A DNA stretch of 64,000 bases from Lytechinus pictus (taxonomy: Eukaryota): contig NC_087246.1 of NCBI RefSeq assembly GCF_037042905.1, positions 13,780,233-13,844,232 on the forward strand, read 5' to 3'. Position 1 is the first letter of the stretch, and every line of letters begins with the position of its first letter. The notes beneath the pieces are model-generated. The model worked only from the letters and a program-made list of their open reading frames with translations, ran no database searches and was not told the origin of the DNA. Below are positions 1 to 11,967 of the stretch, in pieces. Both the position numbers and the translations under genes were made by a program.

Positions 1-414
1 CCTATGATAATGTATTTTTTAAGCCCAGTTTGTAATACTAAAAAGGAATCGTATGTATTTCTTTGTTTTTTATTTTTTATTCATTGATGCTTGTTATCAT
101 GATGATTGTGACATTTGAAAAGCTAACTACAGACAGTGTAGAGTGTCATGAACATACATGTATTTCGGTCTCTAATTCTAAGCACTTTTCACATCTCAAT
201 ATATTAACAGAGTTTTATGAAGCTATTATATTTATAAGAAACAATGACAAAGAGTTGATGACAAGATTTCCATTCACAACTGTTACAAGGTACACAAATC
301 CTTGCATAAGTTTGACCAGGAGCTAATATTTTGGCAAAAATCACAGACAAAGCATTACATTTTCTTGATCATTTCACTGCATCCACCTTTTAAATATGTA
401 TCAGATACACTTAC

Positions 415-525
415 TTCATTCATGAGAGATAATACACTGAGTTTGCCCTCAATGGTCTGAAGACAAGGTTGGTTGTCACTGAAAGTACAGAAATTCCAAG
501 AAATTCCTTCCTTCTCATATTCTTC
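415..525 (-). CDS. MYO19: Myosin motor exon (EEYEKEGISWNFCTFSDNQPCLQTIEGKLSVLSLMNE). The gene continues beyond the window start.
   Basis: QEEY.KEGI.W.F..F.DNQPC..LIE motif. Acceptor ttgcag|, donor GAA|gtaagt. Anchored on ORF 355..552. Confidence 0.9.
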
Positions 526-1523
526 CTGCAAGTAACAAAAAATACATATCAATAATAATTAGATTAAACACATTAATATTAATATAGGTTGAGAGATTTC
601 ACATCTGCAGAATTAATAAAAGGCAGGCACAAGAAAAAAACATGTGACAAGTGACATTAGCATAAAAATGTATACAAATATGTATAAAATATCAATATAA
701 AAACATGATCCACTTGTTTTTTTATCTGTTTAAAGCTAGTGAGGCATCAATTTTATTCATGAATAGGAAAAAATAATTCAGTTTCTTCTGAATTTTACTT
801 AAAAAGAGAGCAATTGATTCAAGCCTATCTTAACAATTGAAAGCCAAAGACAAGAACAAATTTATCATCTAGAATTTACAATAGGTATATCCAGGCATCA
901 TGCTCTTAAAATGTACACTTGTGCATGTGTCATCAATTTGACCAATCAGCATGCTTTGTTTGTTACATGTGTACATTTCACGAACATCTAAATTAAGTAT
1001 AAGTATTAATGGCATAGCTAAATTTCCATATTTAAGATTGATTAGAGTCAATAACAATGCATAGAAAGAGGAAGCCCTGGTTACAAGCAGAGGTAACATA
1101 CACCCAGACATTGTGGCATGTATTCTCAAAAGAAGTTTGAATTGTACATGCTACAAAACCATGGTTTAGGCAAATTTCTCATATCACCACGCCTCCCTTC
1201 TAGCGCCCTTTGCCAAAAGAGCGCATTCCATTGGATTTTTCTTAGTGTACGCAATAAAATAAGCATAATTATTTACAAAAATCTGCATAGTCCATAATTT
1301 TGTACTATGGTACAATTGAAACCACTTTTAAAAAATATTGGCTTGTATGTCTTAACAGAGCAAACAGCTTGTTAAGTTAATCCTATTTCATAAACTTTCT
1401 TGAGAACTAGGTTTTCCAATACCTACAAGGCACAAATATATATGACTCAAGTATTATTTAAAATAAGAATCTTCAAATAAACCCAGGTGCAAATTTGTAA
1501 GGCCCCCTCCAATGTACTAGTAC

Positions 1524-1713
1524 CTGTTGAGCTCTCAAGAAGTGCATCACAAAGTGTTGCTGTAGTTTCTCATTAGCATAGTTGATACAGAGCTGCTCAA
1601 GACTGTTGCTGGCAAAGCTCTCAAACCCATAGATGTCCAGGAGACCTATGAAAGCATGCCACTGATTGGCCGATGTATGCTTGTTCAGGAAGGCAACCAA
1701 CCAGTCAAATAAT
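1524..1713 (-). CDS. MYO19: Myosin motor exon with switch II ([64 protein letters not shown]).
   Basis: LDIYGFE switch II and [19 protein letters not shown] motifs. Donor CAG|gtacta. Confidence 0.92.
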
Positions 1714-1799
1714 CTGTAAAAGTTGCAAGGGAAATATAAGATAAGCTGTAAAAATAATGTTTTTAGGGGCACTCAAATTTCATTGTTATTATAACAATT

Positions 1800-2132
1800 A
1801 GAATATATTATAGTCCCCTCCTCCACATCATAATCATCCCCATCACCACCATTATCATCATCATCATCATCATCATCATCACCATCATTCACCACCACCA
1901 TTATCATCACCATCATCATCACCACCATCACCACCATTATCATCATCATCATCATCACCACCATCACCACCACCATCACCACCATTATCATCATCATCAT
2001 CATCACCACCATCACCACCACCATCACCACCATTATCATCATCATCATCATCATTATCATCACCACCATCACCACCACCATTATCATCACCATCATCATC
2101 ATCATCAGAACCACCACCGTCATCACTTTCAC
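1800..2132. repeat. Minisatellite with a 48-bp period built from CAT/CAC triplets, about 7 units, in a myosin intron.
   Basis: The ORF-track translation shows a 16-aa periodic poly-M/V/I (plus strand) and poly-D/G/N (minus strand) artefact. Confidence 0.85.
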
Positions 2133-2318
2133 ATGTCACTAATGCAGCAGCAGCATTGTCGTCAACACCATCAACTTTATTATGAACCAAAGGAAAGTAT
2201 TGAATATTCTTGCTACCCAAAGTTCAAATTTCTATGCAAAGGGTACCCAAGTCTTTTGCCCTCTGTATGTCATAACTCTATATTTCCTTGCTCCTTCGTC
2301 CCTACTAAATAAACTCAC

Positions 2319-2505
2319 CGTGCATACATAACCTTTGACACGCAGTCCCTCCTCACACCAGCTTCCTCCACTGAGCATGGTTTCAAGAACACACTTTGGC
2401 GCTTGCTGTGTGATGCAGTGATGCGCCGGTAGATGAGAGATGTGGTCAGACTGGTAGGGTCCAGACCTAGCAGTCTACATGCATGCTCTAGGGATTCCTG
2501 GCACA
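2319..2505 (-). CDS. MYO19: Myosin motor exon (-CQESLEHACRLLGLDPTSLTTSLIYRRITASHSKRQSVFLKPCSVEEAGVRRDCVSKVMYA-).
   Basis: Collinear with MYO19 ASLLGL...RDCLAKLIYAR. Acceptor tcttttcag|, donor CG|gtgagt. Confidence 0.88.
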
Positions 2506-3272
2506 CTGAAAAGATAAAAAGCATTGTTTTTAAAAATTAATCTTTCCTAATTGTACATGTAGGTACCAACAATGATGGTAACTGGCAATCAATATGATCA
2601 ACAGTTTATACAACCCTTCTAAGCAGTCCTAAGCTCCAAATCATGACTTCAAAATAAATATTTATGACAAACTATATTTCATTCCCCCCCCCCCTTATTA
2701 TCTCAATTGAAACAATAATGTCTGTGAATTTGAATACATCAAATATCCTGGACTCTAACATTGTCTGTTTTAAATTGCATACTGTTTAAACAAAGCTAAT
2801 TCTTTACAACATAACAGCATACCTGACTAGCCCTCATGCTTTTCAAATATATAGGTAGACTATGCACATTACATACCAATTATTATACTTTGCTCAATTA
2901 ATGATAGCTTTAGAACTTTACACTGTCTCATAATACCCTTGTATAGAAACAAATACACACATAGTCGTCTTAGCCATTGAATCATGCCACTAAAGTTTAA
3001 CAATCCCTTAATTTCATTCATTAAAGCCTCTTAAAAAAAATTGGAAAATAGAAAAATTAAAACATTACCAAAAGGGAACTAAATATCCACAAATGTAAAA
3101 TTCAAATTTTCATACAGAATAAGTAGATGATGAAAGGTTTAGGGTTTCCAATGCTTAAATTGGAAGATTTCAATATTAGATGTTATCTAAATACCATTCA
3201 TTTTTATTGAAAATTAAGTAAAATCTGTAGATGAGCTTTAGGAGATAAGAATAGGATATGAATATCATTTAC

Positions 3273-3354
3273 CTTCCTCATCTAATTCACAAGGATCAAA
3301 TTCCTCATCACATGTAAACTCTAGATTGCCAAGATGAAGGATACCACTCAACAC
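3273..3354 (-). CDS. MYO19: Myosin motor exon (VLSGILHLGNLEFTCDEEFDPCELDEE-).
   Basis: ILHLGN.F motif of myosin motors. Acceptor tttgacag|, donor G|gtaaat. Confidence 0.85.
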
Positions 3355-3649
3355 CTGTCAAAGTAAAACATATTAACCCTGCAGTTCGTGAAAAGTACGG
3401 TACAACTGATAGAACAATAAAAAAGATAATGAAATGATAAGGTAAATACATGTATCTGATATTTTGTTTCAATTTGTGTTGGTTTTCTTTCTTTCTTTCT
3501 TTTTTTACCTGAAACCCACATATTTCTTGATCTTTATACATGATTACTTTTTCACAGTAACCCCATTCCTCCAATTTAAACAAAAAAATATTAAGTACAA
3601 CAGTTTGAATGTTTCCCCTCTTTCTCCCTGTCTATCTTTCAGTTTTCTT

Positions 3650-4200
3650 GCACTTTTTGCTAGATTACGGAAGTACATGACAGTTTCCAGTGCTGAACTA
3701 TTGGCAAATTCATTAGTTTTACCGCATCTCGAATACTGTTGCAATGCCTGGACCAACTGTAACCAAAACTTAAAGGACACTTTGATAAAACAGCACAAAC
3801 GAATGGCTCGACTGGTCTTGCAGGTAGACTATAATACACCTACTGCAGTAGTGTTTGGAAGATTAAATTGGGTACCACTTGAAGAACGATGGCGATTTCA
3901 AATGTGCAAAACTATGTTTAATTCTATGCAGGGCGAAGCCCCAGGTTACCTCTGAGATTTGTTCCCGGGATTTAGTTCTGTCCATTCCCATCATACTAGA
4001 AATGCATTGAACCGTGGAATCATGGTTCCACAGGCACGCACCAAAGCTGGTAAAAGAGCCTTCTCCCATCACGGTGCGTGCCTGTGGAATCAACTTCCTA
4101 ATGAAGTTAAAAACTCCTCGTCAAAATCTTCCTTTACATCGTCATATTGGAGGTATAGATACACCCATTTTAATATATAAGCAAGAATTATATTATTTTA
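3650..4200 (+). mobile_element. 5'-truncated CR1/L2-clade non-LTR retrotransposon (LINE) 3' fragment. Carries the RT C-terminal tail, with a frameshift.
   Basis: ORF 3464..3955 encodes LVLPHLEYCCNAW...LIKQHKRMARLV...GRLNWVPLEERW. ORF 3959..4180 encodes HTRNALNRGIMVPQARTKAGKRAFSHHGACLWNQLPNEVK. Both are hallmark C-terminal motifs of CR1-like ORF2. Lies in a myosin intron. Confidence 0.7.
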
Positions 4201-4582
4201 CTATAATATTGCATTATAGTGTAAATGGTGATGTGCCTTCTTCTCCCGCTCTAGCTCTCTGCCGTGTTCTTTTTTACCTCAATTCATCCTTACCCTCTAT
4301 CTTTCTTTCCCCTATTACTTTCTACTTGTAGCTCTGGGTTAAATAATTGTTCTCAATTTCACACACAATTTTCTGTTATTAGATTTATACTTGAAATTTC
4401 CATCTGTTTATGTTCAGGATTTGTATTTTCCATTTGTATTGTATATATGCTTGTATTTTGTTTTGTTTTATGTTATACATGGCCCCCAAGTACAACAGTA
4501 TTTAACTACTGATGGGGTTACCCTGTATAAATAATACCAAATAAATAAATAATAAATAAATAAAATAAATACATTTTCTCAC

Positions 4583-4780
4583 CTGAAATATATTTTCTTG
4601 GTGCATATGAGTAATGCCTACATTCTTCATAGCTTGCTGGGTTCTGCTAAATACTTGATTCTCATTGGCTCTTGACTGGATACCATCATCCAATGGGAGG
4701 TAAGCAAACATGACATCATCACCAGTGGGTGTGGTCAGACCCAATTCTGCCCTCTGTTCTTCTGTTGCCTCATTCACGAT
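4583..4780 (-). CDS. MYO19: Myosin motor exon (IVNEATEEQRAELGL...AMKNVGITHMHQENIFQ).
   Basis: Strong pyrimidine-rich acceptor cccttcaag|, donor CAG|gtgaga. Collinear with the MYO19 region EAMLHLGIDTPTQNNIFK. Confidence 0.85.
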
Positions 4781-5570
4781 CTTGAAGGGAAGGGCAAAAT
4801 GAAAAGTGAATTTATTTCTTAATGTAGCCCATTCATGAGACAACCAAATTTATCAATTTTGTTCAATATTTAAAAAGAAAGGAAACAAAGACTTTGTAAA
4901 GCAATGTTGAAAGATAACTTTAAAGGAAAACATAGAATTTCATCATATATAACCCAGCAAAACAACTCAATCCCCCCCCCCAAAAAAAAAAGTACAACCC
5001 CAAAACACTAGATTTCAAAGCCCGACTATTCTCAGAAATTTTTATAATCAACTTGTCTACACACAAGATATCTCTCCAAATGGACCATGGATTTTAAAAA
5101 GTTTAAAAATTATTTTAAGTTTATTAACTTTAAAGTTTCTGATACAGTATTTTGATAATGAAACCCAAACCAAGAGGATTTCTTTCCTGTATTGGTTATT
5201 GCATTATTCAGTCAGACCGCAGGTCCCTATGCTAATGAGCAAAAAGGCCAGATTCATCCAAATCATCTCGTGGCTGAATCCTCCTCTTTCTCTAAGAATT
5301 TACCTGTTTTAACCTCAAGTTATATGAAATATTATTACACCATCAGATAGAGTAAAAGTTACTTTTTCATATTGGTCATTTACTTTGTATACAATATTTT
5401 GTTAATTAAGTAAATTTCTGGCCTGAAAATGTGCCTTAAAACTGAATTTTCTTCCTCTGTTTTCTTTTGCAAATTGTGCAAAACTTTTTATTTTGAGCCT
5501 CAATGATATCTGTATCACCATAAAGCTGAACTTCTGTACTTTCTCACAATGCCAATCTTGATATGCGGCA

Positions 5571-5862
5571 CCTTTTAATCGGGTCAAGATCACACCTTTC
5601 CCACCAAGGTACAAGACGAGATTTCTGAAATTTTGCACTTGCAAGAAATCCAGAGTTCTGATTGGCTGGATAAGGTTCACAGAACAACAGGCGCGGTGTA
5701 TTTGAGGAGATTACCACATGGGAAGTGTGACCTTCCCACGAACACAGGCACTGGAACCGTTGGAATTTGCCATTGTGTGGTCTCTTTGACCAATCAGAGA
5801 GCAATATTCTTGTTTTCAAGCTGCTTTATGTACCTGGCAAATGAAAAATGTGATCTTGACCC
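5571..5862. mobile_element. MITE or foldback element with about 22-bp terminal inverted repeats (ttaatcgggtcaagatcacac ... gtgatcttgacccgattaaa).
   Basis: Near-perfect TIRs seen directly. Internal inverted CCAAT-like motifs (ctgattggctgg, accaatcagag). Intronic in the myosin gene. Confidence 0.55.
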
Positions 5863-6415
5863 GATTAAACCAATTCTTATTTTGAAACCTATATCATTTT
5901 AAAGCATACATATTCAGCTTTATCATGATATAAAAATCATTTGGGCTCAAACAAAAGTAAAGTGTGAAAATAGCAGCTTTTGTCAGGTGAAAATATTTAT
6001 TTTGTAGCATATTTTAGATTAAAATTTTAACCTATATTACAAAATCTTTGAATAAATCCAAACACATGACCTGAAAGAATTATTCTTATTCTTTACAATG
6101 GTACCAAATTCATGAAATTCGATGCACAATTAGAGCAGCAATGACCGAATGAAAAGAGGTGTTTTGGTCCGCATCAAGCTCATTAAATATGCAAAACATC
6201 TCAAGTCATGAATATAACTTGGATGAAAGAAGCCACTTTCTTGGGACCTGCAGTCTGACTGTATTACAATTAATAGACAAGAGTTGCTATTTTGCAATGT
6301 GTGTGTGAGGAGCACAAAACATGAATATGAAAATATGAATCCATCACACAGAAACATAGCCTACAGAAACATAGCCTTCCAAAACAGTCACTAGAGATTG
6401 CAGAACACTCCCTAC

Positions 6416-6518
6416 CTGGTAGAATATGTGAAAGTTGCTTTCTCCATCAGCCTGGTGAACAAGCCTAGTCTTCTCCAAGAGATATGTCTGGATAGAGGCA
6501 CCAATGATATGGGAACCC
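6416..6518 (-). CDS. MYO19: Myosin motor exon ([35 protein letters not shown]).
   Basis: YLLEKTR and NFHIFYQ myosin motifs. Bounds anchored on ORF 6344..6643. Donor CAG|gtaggg. Confidence 0.9.
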
Positions 6519-7099
6519 CTGGATGCAAAAAAAAATACAATCCCATTTTGAATAATTATGTATTGGCAAAATAAATCACACAAAAACAATGCATTCCATC
6601 CAAATACATTTAGATCAAAACAATATTGAATAATAGAAAACAAGAATAGTATACATATATACTAAGCTTTGTTATTAAATAAGTATGTAAATGTATACAA
6701 ATTTTTTCAATTTCTGTCTTACAATATCTGTAAGGAAAGGCCATAGTGAGGCACCGGGTGTAAAGAAGTACAAATCCCAGGCTGCTTTGAGGAATGGTGC
6801 CTAACGGATACGATCATTAGCTACATACAAATATGCTACAGCTATACATAGGATACCCTTTCCTGGAATCCCTCTTGTGATTTGTATTATCATACTACAT
6901 CACACATTCAGTATTTTGTTTCTTTCACCAATATTAAATATTTTATGATTTATGTCATATGATTTTGTGCTTTTGTCATTACCATGTTTGATTGTATAAA
7001 TTGTACTTCTTATTTTTGTGTGTATGGACCCTTACGAAAAACAGCATTCGCTGATAGGGTGTTCCATCCCACGAGTGGAAAATAAATAAAATATTGTGA

Positions 7100-8450
7100 C
7101 ATAGTAAAAAGGAAAGCATCATACAATGGCGAGGATATTCAAAACATACCAACGACTGCTACATCTACACGTTCTGAATCTGACTTGCCACAGTCAGATG
7201 CACAAGGGGTTTTGGAACGCTGGGGCATTTTTGTTCGACTGAGCAGAAAAGAATCAAATCATGTTCTTAAGACAGCAGCTTTGAAAAACTTCATAAAGTT
7301 GAAACAATTGAGCACAGCAATTTGCTCATAAAGTCTGCCAAGAATAAGTCAGATATGAGACGCAGCCAGCAAATACGTTGTCTTCCTTCTGAAGACTTAG
7401 TAGCAAAAGAGGCCCATTATCACAATACATACAGGTTAAAAATTCTCCAAGAAACAACAGCACACACAGGAAATATGGTACTCACAAGAATATCTCCAGT
7501 AAAAAGAAACATGACAAAACATTAAAAGAATTCGTGGCATATATTAACCAAACAGTAATTCAAAAATGTGTACCAAAGTACGCTCCCAAACTGATGGATT
7601 TCTACAAGGAAGAGTTCAGAGAATTGTGGGGATATGAGGAAGACACTTGTTACAATGTTTTTATCAGAAAGACAAAGAACAAGTTTGGTGAAAAACTGAT
7701 GGTTTAAAAAAAAAAAAAGAGTCAAACAAGGATGGAAATTTCCTGTATTCACAAGTATCAGTGTTGATGAAGCAAAGTTGCATTTGAAAAAACGTGAATG
7801 ACCAGGAAGACGCAATTCATTGCGCAGGTCTTATCTGGTTCTCAGGTCTGAGATTCTCCAGATGGAATCGACAAAAACACACACACCCACATCACTAAAA
7901 ATTTTGAAAGACAGTGCACCTGGTATACCTCATATGACCAAGATATTCTTTTAAACATTGACAAGTGGTTTGTCCCCTTTCACCTGTGAAGAAAGACACT
8001 GTGTCTATTTCCTTGATTTTACATTTCATAAGTATGGAGAGTAGCCAATGACATAAGCAAGACATGGGAAGGAAGGTATGCCTGTCAAATATTTTAGTCT
8101 TATTTTCTGTCCTCTATGAAGTGGCTCTTCGAAGCTATACACGATTGGTACATGCAGAAGAGATGTGAGGCCATGGAAGCACACCTCCTTAGGTTTGTCA
8201 CCAATGCTTGGATCAAAGACAGCAATAACTGTGTTCAATCGTCTTGGTCATACAGTAAATTACTATGACTGCAAACGTTTAGAGACAAAGATAGCATACA
8301 CATGCTGCATCCGGAGACCTGGATACTCCTGCTGGTTTAAATCTGGAAACTTCTTTAGCTACAGGTATGCTGCGCATGATTTTGAACCAATCCTAAATTT
8401 TCTTGTTGGCCAGAAATACACATAAATCGAACATTAACGGGAAGCAGTAG
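7100..8450 (+). pseudogene. Decayed coding remnant (frameshifted ORF pieces), probably a transposon-derived or processed pseudogene fragment inside a myosin intron.
   Basis: Three frame-shifted coding-like stretches: 7322..7525, 7560..7707 (VPKYAPKLMDFYKEEFRELWGYEEDTCYNVFIRKTKNKFGEKLMV) and 8165..8425 (ITVFNRLGHTVNYYDCKRLETKIAYTCCIRRPGY). No splice-site support. Confidence 0.25.
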
Positions 8451-8637
8451 AGTTGAAAACCAAGTTATAGAGTACTCACAAACCAAATTAACTTTCACTC
8501 CTCGCAGACCAGTTACTGATATATAGGTACAGGGAGAGAGCATCTCTTAGCAACTGCAAATCTTCACACAAAATAGGTTAACATTCAGATTGTCTTCTTT
8601 CTCTTTCTCTTCTTCTTCTTCTTCCCCTCCCTCTTAC

Positions 8638-8707
8638 CTGTCAAACTGTAGCTGTATATACTTTCCAAACCTACTGCTGTTGTGATTCCGGGCTGTACCA
8701 GCATTGC
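8638..8707 (-). CDS. MYO19: Myosin motor exon (-NAGTARNHNSSRFGKYIQLQFD-).
   Basis: NxNSSRFGK switch I signature. Donor AG|gtaaga. Confidence 0.9.
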
Positions 8708-8834
8708 CTGGCAAAAAACAAAATTGATTTAAAAAACATTTGACCAGATACCCTAGAATAAGTTCACGCTCTCAAAAGCTAATAACAGAATGTTCTTCCT
8801 ACTGAAGCTGAGGTCTTTTCATGTCCAGGGGGCA

Positions 8835-9005
8835 TATCATGAAGCTGTTCACAAATTACGAATAACTTTAAGATCAACTTGTAATCCTTTCTTGTGGTGA
8901 ATGATATTCACCATTAAATGTTCATTGGTGATTATTTAGCGTGTAAGAAAGGTTCACCAGTCATTCTCAAAGTCACTCTCAACTTACGAACAGCTTTATG
9001 AAACA
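8835..9005. mobile_element. MITE copy (family with TIR gtttcataaagctgttcgtaagtt). Diverged copy of the element at 16106-16280.
   Basis: Shares the terminal ...cttacgaacagctttatgaaac and the internal aaaggatcaccagtca / ctttcttgtggtgaat core with the 16.1-kb copy. Confidence 0.55.
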
Positions 9006-9256
9006 CCCACCTGTAAAGAATACAAGTGTTTTTTTTCATAAGGCAATGATAGAGAGTGTTCTTGTAGTTCAGTAGGGTTCTTGTAATTATATGCAGGTAG
9101 AAAAGACTGCAAAAGGGGCGATAACATGACAAAAGTAAAGAGGATCCTACTGGATGAGAATAAAAATAGAGTTCTAGAAAAAATCAAAGAAATCGAACCA
9201 ATGAGGATCACACTAATATTATTTATTGAGGTATGAGATATAAGGAAGTTACTTAC

Positions 9257-9330
9257 CAAATGCTTCAAGGATGGGATTAGAATCCAATATCCTTCTCTCG
9301 ATGCACTTCACAGGTGGAGGTGAAAAGCCC
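9257..9330 (-). CDS. MYO19: Myosin motor exon (GFSPPPVKCIERRILDSNPILEAF-).
   Basis: NPILEAFGNA motif (switch I region). Consensus splice sites ttttag| and |gtaagt. Confidence 0.88.
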
Positions 9331-9682
9331 CTAAAATAAATAAATGTATAATGAAATGTAAGCACAGTGATAATGAATATTGGAGAGAAGCAATGATCTG
9401 CCAAAATTTTCAAAATTGTACATGTAATATTATGTATTCTACATTCAACTTCATGTTAATAAAAATAAGAGCATCCTTCAATATACATCATGCATGGAAT
9501 ATCAATGTGCAAAATAAACTTTTTGAGAGCGTGATTCCAAATTTGTCTGTCCATTGTCACATTTTGTACATGTAGATAAATATCTGTAATAACGAATCTT
9601 CAATCAATAAATTCTCAAGAAAAGATATACAGTATAATGTAACAAAAGATGGAAGAAAGAACAAACAAATGATATCTCTTAC

Positions 9683-9744
9683 CCTGGATTTTTATATAGT
9701 GCCACTGAAGTGAGATATTTCATCAAACACCTGGTGTTCCAAGT
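9683..9744 (-). CDS. MYO19: Myosin motor exon (TWNTRCLMKYLTSVALYKNP-).
   Basis: Continues the P-loop as GAGK|TWNTRCLMK, which compares with the MYO19 GKTWTSRCLMK motif. Acceptor atag, donor GG|gtaaga. Confidence 0.8.
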
Positions 9745-10518
9745 CTATGGATCAAAACAAACACTGAATTTTGGCCAAAAGTTTCAAATTTATAGCCTCA
9801 GAATACATAAATCTAAAATACTACATGACTTAATTAAAAATGTAAATCTGTTCAATGTTTACATGTTTAAGTAAATTGAGTACACTACAAAATGTGGCAT
9901 TTCCTGTAAGAGCAAAAAATTGGTGTCTGTCTAAACCATGTCTTACCTTATACCTCTCATTAGGAAAGTGGTCATGCTTGAAATTAGGCCACGAAATTAA
10001 GCAAAAAGGTAAAATGTGAAGAAAAAAAATTCTTTAACTCAAATTTGGCTGATACATAAAGGCTGCATGTGATTCAACCAACACTTCTTACTTACCCTAA
10101 AAACACGGCTTTCAAATAATTTTAGTTTAAATCATGTGTGCATTCAACTAATTTTTTGTGTGACATTAAAGAATGAGCATTTTTTTAAAGCACAGCCACA
10201 ACATTCTGTCTAATCAAAAGGCAAATTCTATTAACAGAATACAACAGAGATCTAAATTATGATTTTTTGTATAGAACCATGAGCATTTCTTCAGATTGAC
10301 ATGGAATATATACACTCTCAGATTGTCCTTTACTTTCTTATCAAAGTTAAACTCACTAATCTACAACGCGATTTTGGTGGGCTTGAAATAGTGTGATTGA
10401 AAGCTCTACTAACGTTAGCGTTATTTGTGTTTGTGTGTTGATTTGTAATTAATGTTTGTATGCCTTCTAAATGACTTGGATCCAATTTTCTTAAGAAAGA
10501 CAGAATAGATCTCTTTAC

Positions 10519-10632
10519 CTTCCCAGCTCCACTCTCTCCACTGACGATAATGGACTGGTTGGGGTTACCTATGGCATAGCGAAGACTAGAAAAGGCTTTC
10601 TCAGCAACAGCAAACACATGTGGGGCTTCCCC
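10519..10632 (-). CDS. MYO19: Myosin motor exon with P-loop (GEAPHVFAVAEKAFSSLRYAIGNPNQSIIVSGESGAGK).
   Basis: PHVFAVAE plus the NQSIIVSGESGAGK(T) Walker A motif of myosins. Donor AAG|gtaaag. Confidence 0.9.
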
Positions 10633-11077
10633 CTATTTAATCAAGCAAAATCATATTGGAATTATTGAATAATTTCATGTTAGTGGACTGGTAATAGGCA
10701 ATCAAATATCAAATATACAATGTTATTTAGTGGGTACAATTCAGAAATGTGTGAACATTAAATGAAAGTAATTAGTGACAACTCATCTGTTTTTATTGTC
10801 AGTTGACCTGTATTACCTGTCCAATGCCTAAACTTCATATACCTATCAAATATAAACTGACTCATTTTCTAAGTTTTTCTTTTCCATTCTTATAAAATCT
10901 TCCACCATTTTAATTTTTATGTTAAGCTACCATACAATTCAAAGGTGAATGCAGTTAACAAACTTGAGCTCCGAATTCAAATACCTCCTAGAACCTTCTA
11001 GAAAAATCATGGAATATATAATAATTTTCCTTATATAATAAGAATGTAAAATATTTTGAAATGTATAGATATCTCAC

Positions 11078-11238
11078 CTTCAATGTTTGGTCACTAGTTT
11101 GATCTTGATGGTATTGTTGAATGGCAGTATCATCATATAAACCAGAGATTTCCTTGAATGGATTCAGACTGACTAGAGTTTCACCTGCTTTACTGCAGAT
11201 CTGACCGTTATGGAATCTGCACTCCAGACTCTCTAATA
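11078..11238 (-). CDS. MYO19: Myosin motor exon (VLESLECRFHNGQICSKAGETLVSLNPFKEISGLYDDTAIQQYHQDQTSDQTLK).
   Basis: Conserved myosin motif T.AG.TLVxLNPFK...LY....YH. Acceptor caatag, donor AAG|gtgaga. Phases match the neighbouring exons. Confidence 0.85.
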
Positions 11239-11861
11239 CTATTGGAAGAAAGAAACAAGAGAATTTTAGGCATCTTACCAAATTTCTGTGCTGTTTCTTA
11301 CAAATCCTACTATAAGGGTGCTCAGCATCTTTCACAGCGATCTCCTGCTTTTCTCATTGTGCTGTCTTTGAAGAATGCAGAAATTTAAACTTAAATGCCA
11401 GTTTGTAATGATCTAGAACAACGCTTTTCAACCTTTTTTTTATTCAACGACCACTCTGACTCTCAGATTTTTTTTTAGCGCTGATCTAGAAAAGAGTTTG
11501 AATAGAATCAAATGAAATTATCACCAGTTATGCCGAATGATTCTGGGAGAAAATGTGTCTGCTGATTAATTGACAAAACAAGCATGGTATTCGAGCTAGA
11601 TATTGGGTCTTTTTTTTTCAAACAATAATAATAATACGCTGTCCCAAATTGTTTTGGTGATCAATAGTACCTTCATCTTTTCAGCTTAGAGTTAGTGATT
11701 TCACAGAGTTAGGTTTAAACCAGATCTAGACCTACCATGATACGGTTGCAATTAACCTTGGTTTTACAAACTTTCCCATGAAATCCTTTATGGCCTTTAA
11801 TCATCATATTGTACATATATACTACTATATATAACTACAAAAAACACAGTGTACACTATAC

Positions 11862-11967
11862 CTTCGGCCTCATTGAGCGATGAAAGATTTGTTAGGTCAT
11901 CCACTTCTGCATAGTTGTTGTTTCCAGCTAGAAGCAGTGAATCTTCTCTTCGTGAAACATCAATGAC
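11862..11967 (-). CDS. MYO19: Myosin exon (VIDVSRREDSLLLAGNNNYAEVDDLTNLSSLNEAE-).
   Basis: Acceptor attcag|GTC, donor GAAG|gtatag. The DDLT...L motif sits just upstream of the motor core, as in MYO19 (YKLDDLTRVNPVTLE). Confidence 0.8.

Noticed and set aside
63-326. ORF 63..326 (+) and other short AT-rich ORFs, e.g. 869..1129, 3308..3583, 5402..5819, 9351..9575 and 18097..18499
   Set aside because: No recognisable motifs, and no splice-site or Kozak support. They lie in introns or intergenic AT-rich sequence and are consistent with chance ORFs.
1773-2220. ORFs 1773..2132 (poly-M/V/I) and 1885..2220 (poly-D/G/N)
   Set aside because: Translations of a 48-bp CAT/CAC minisatellite on the minus strand. 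Periodic homopolymeric peptides, no splice sites, intronic.
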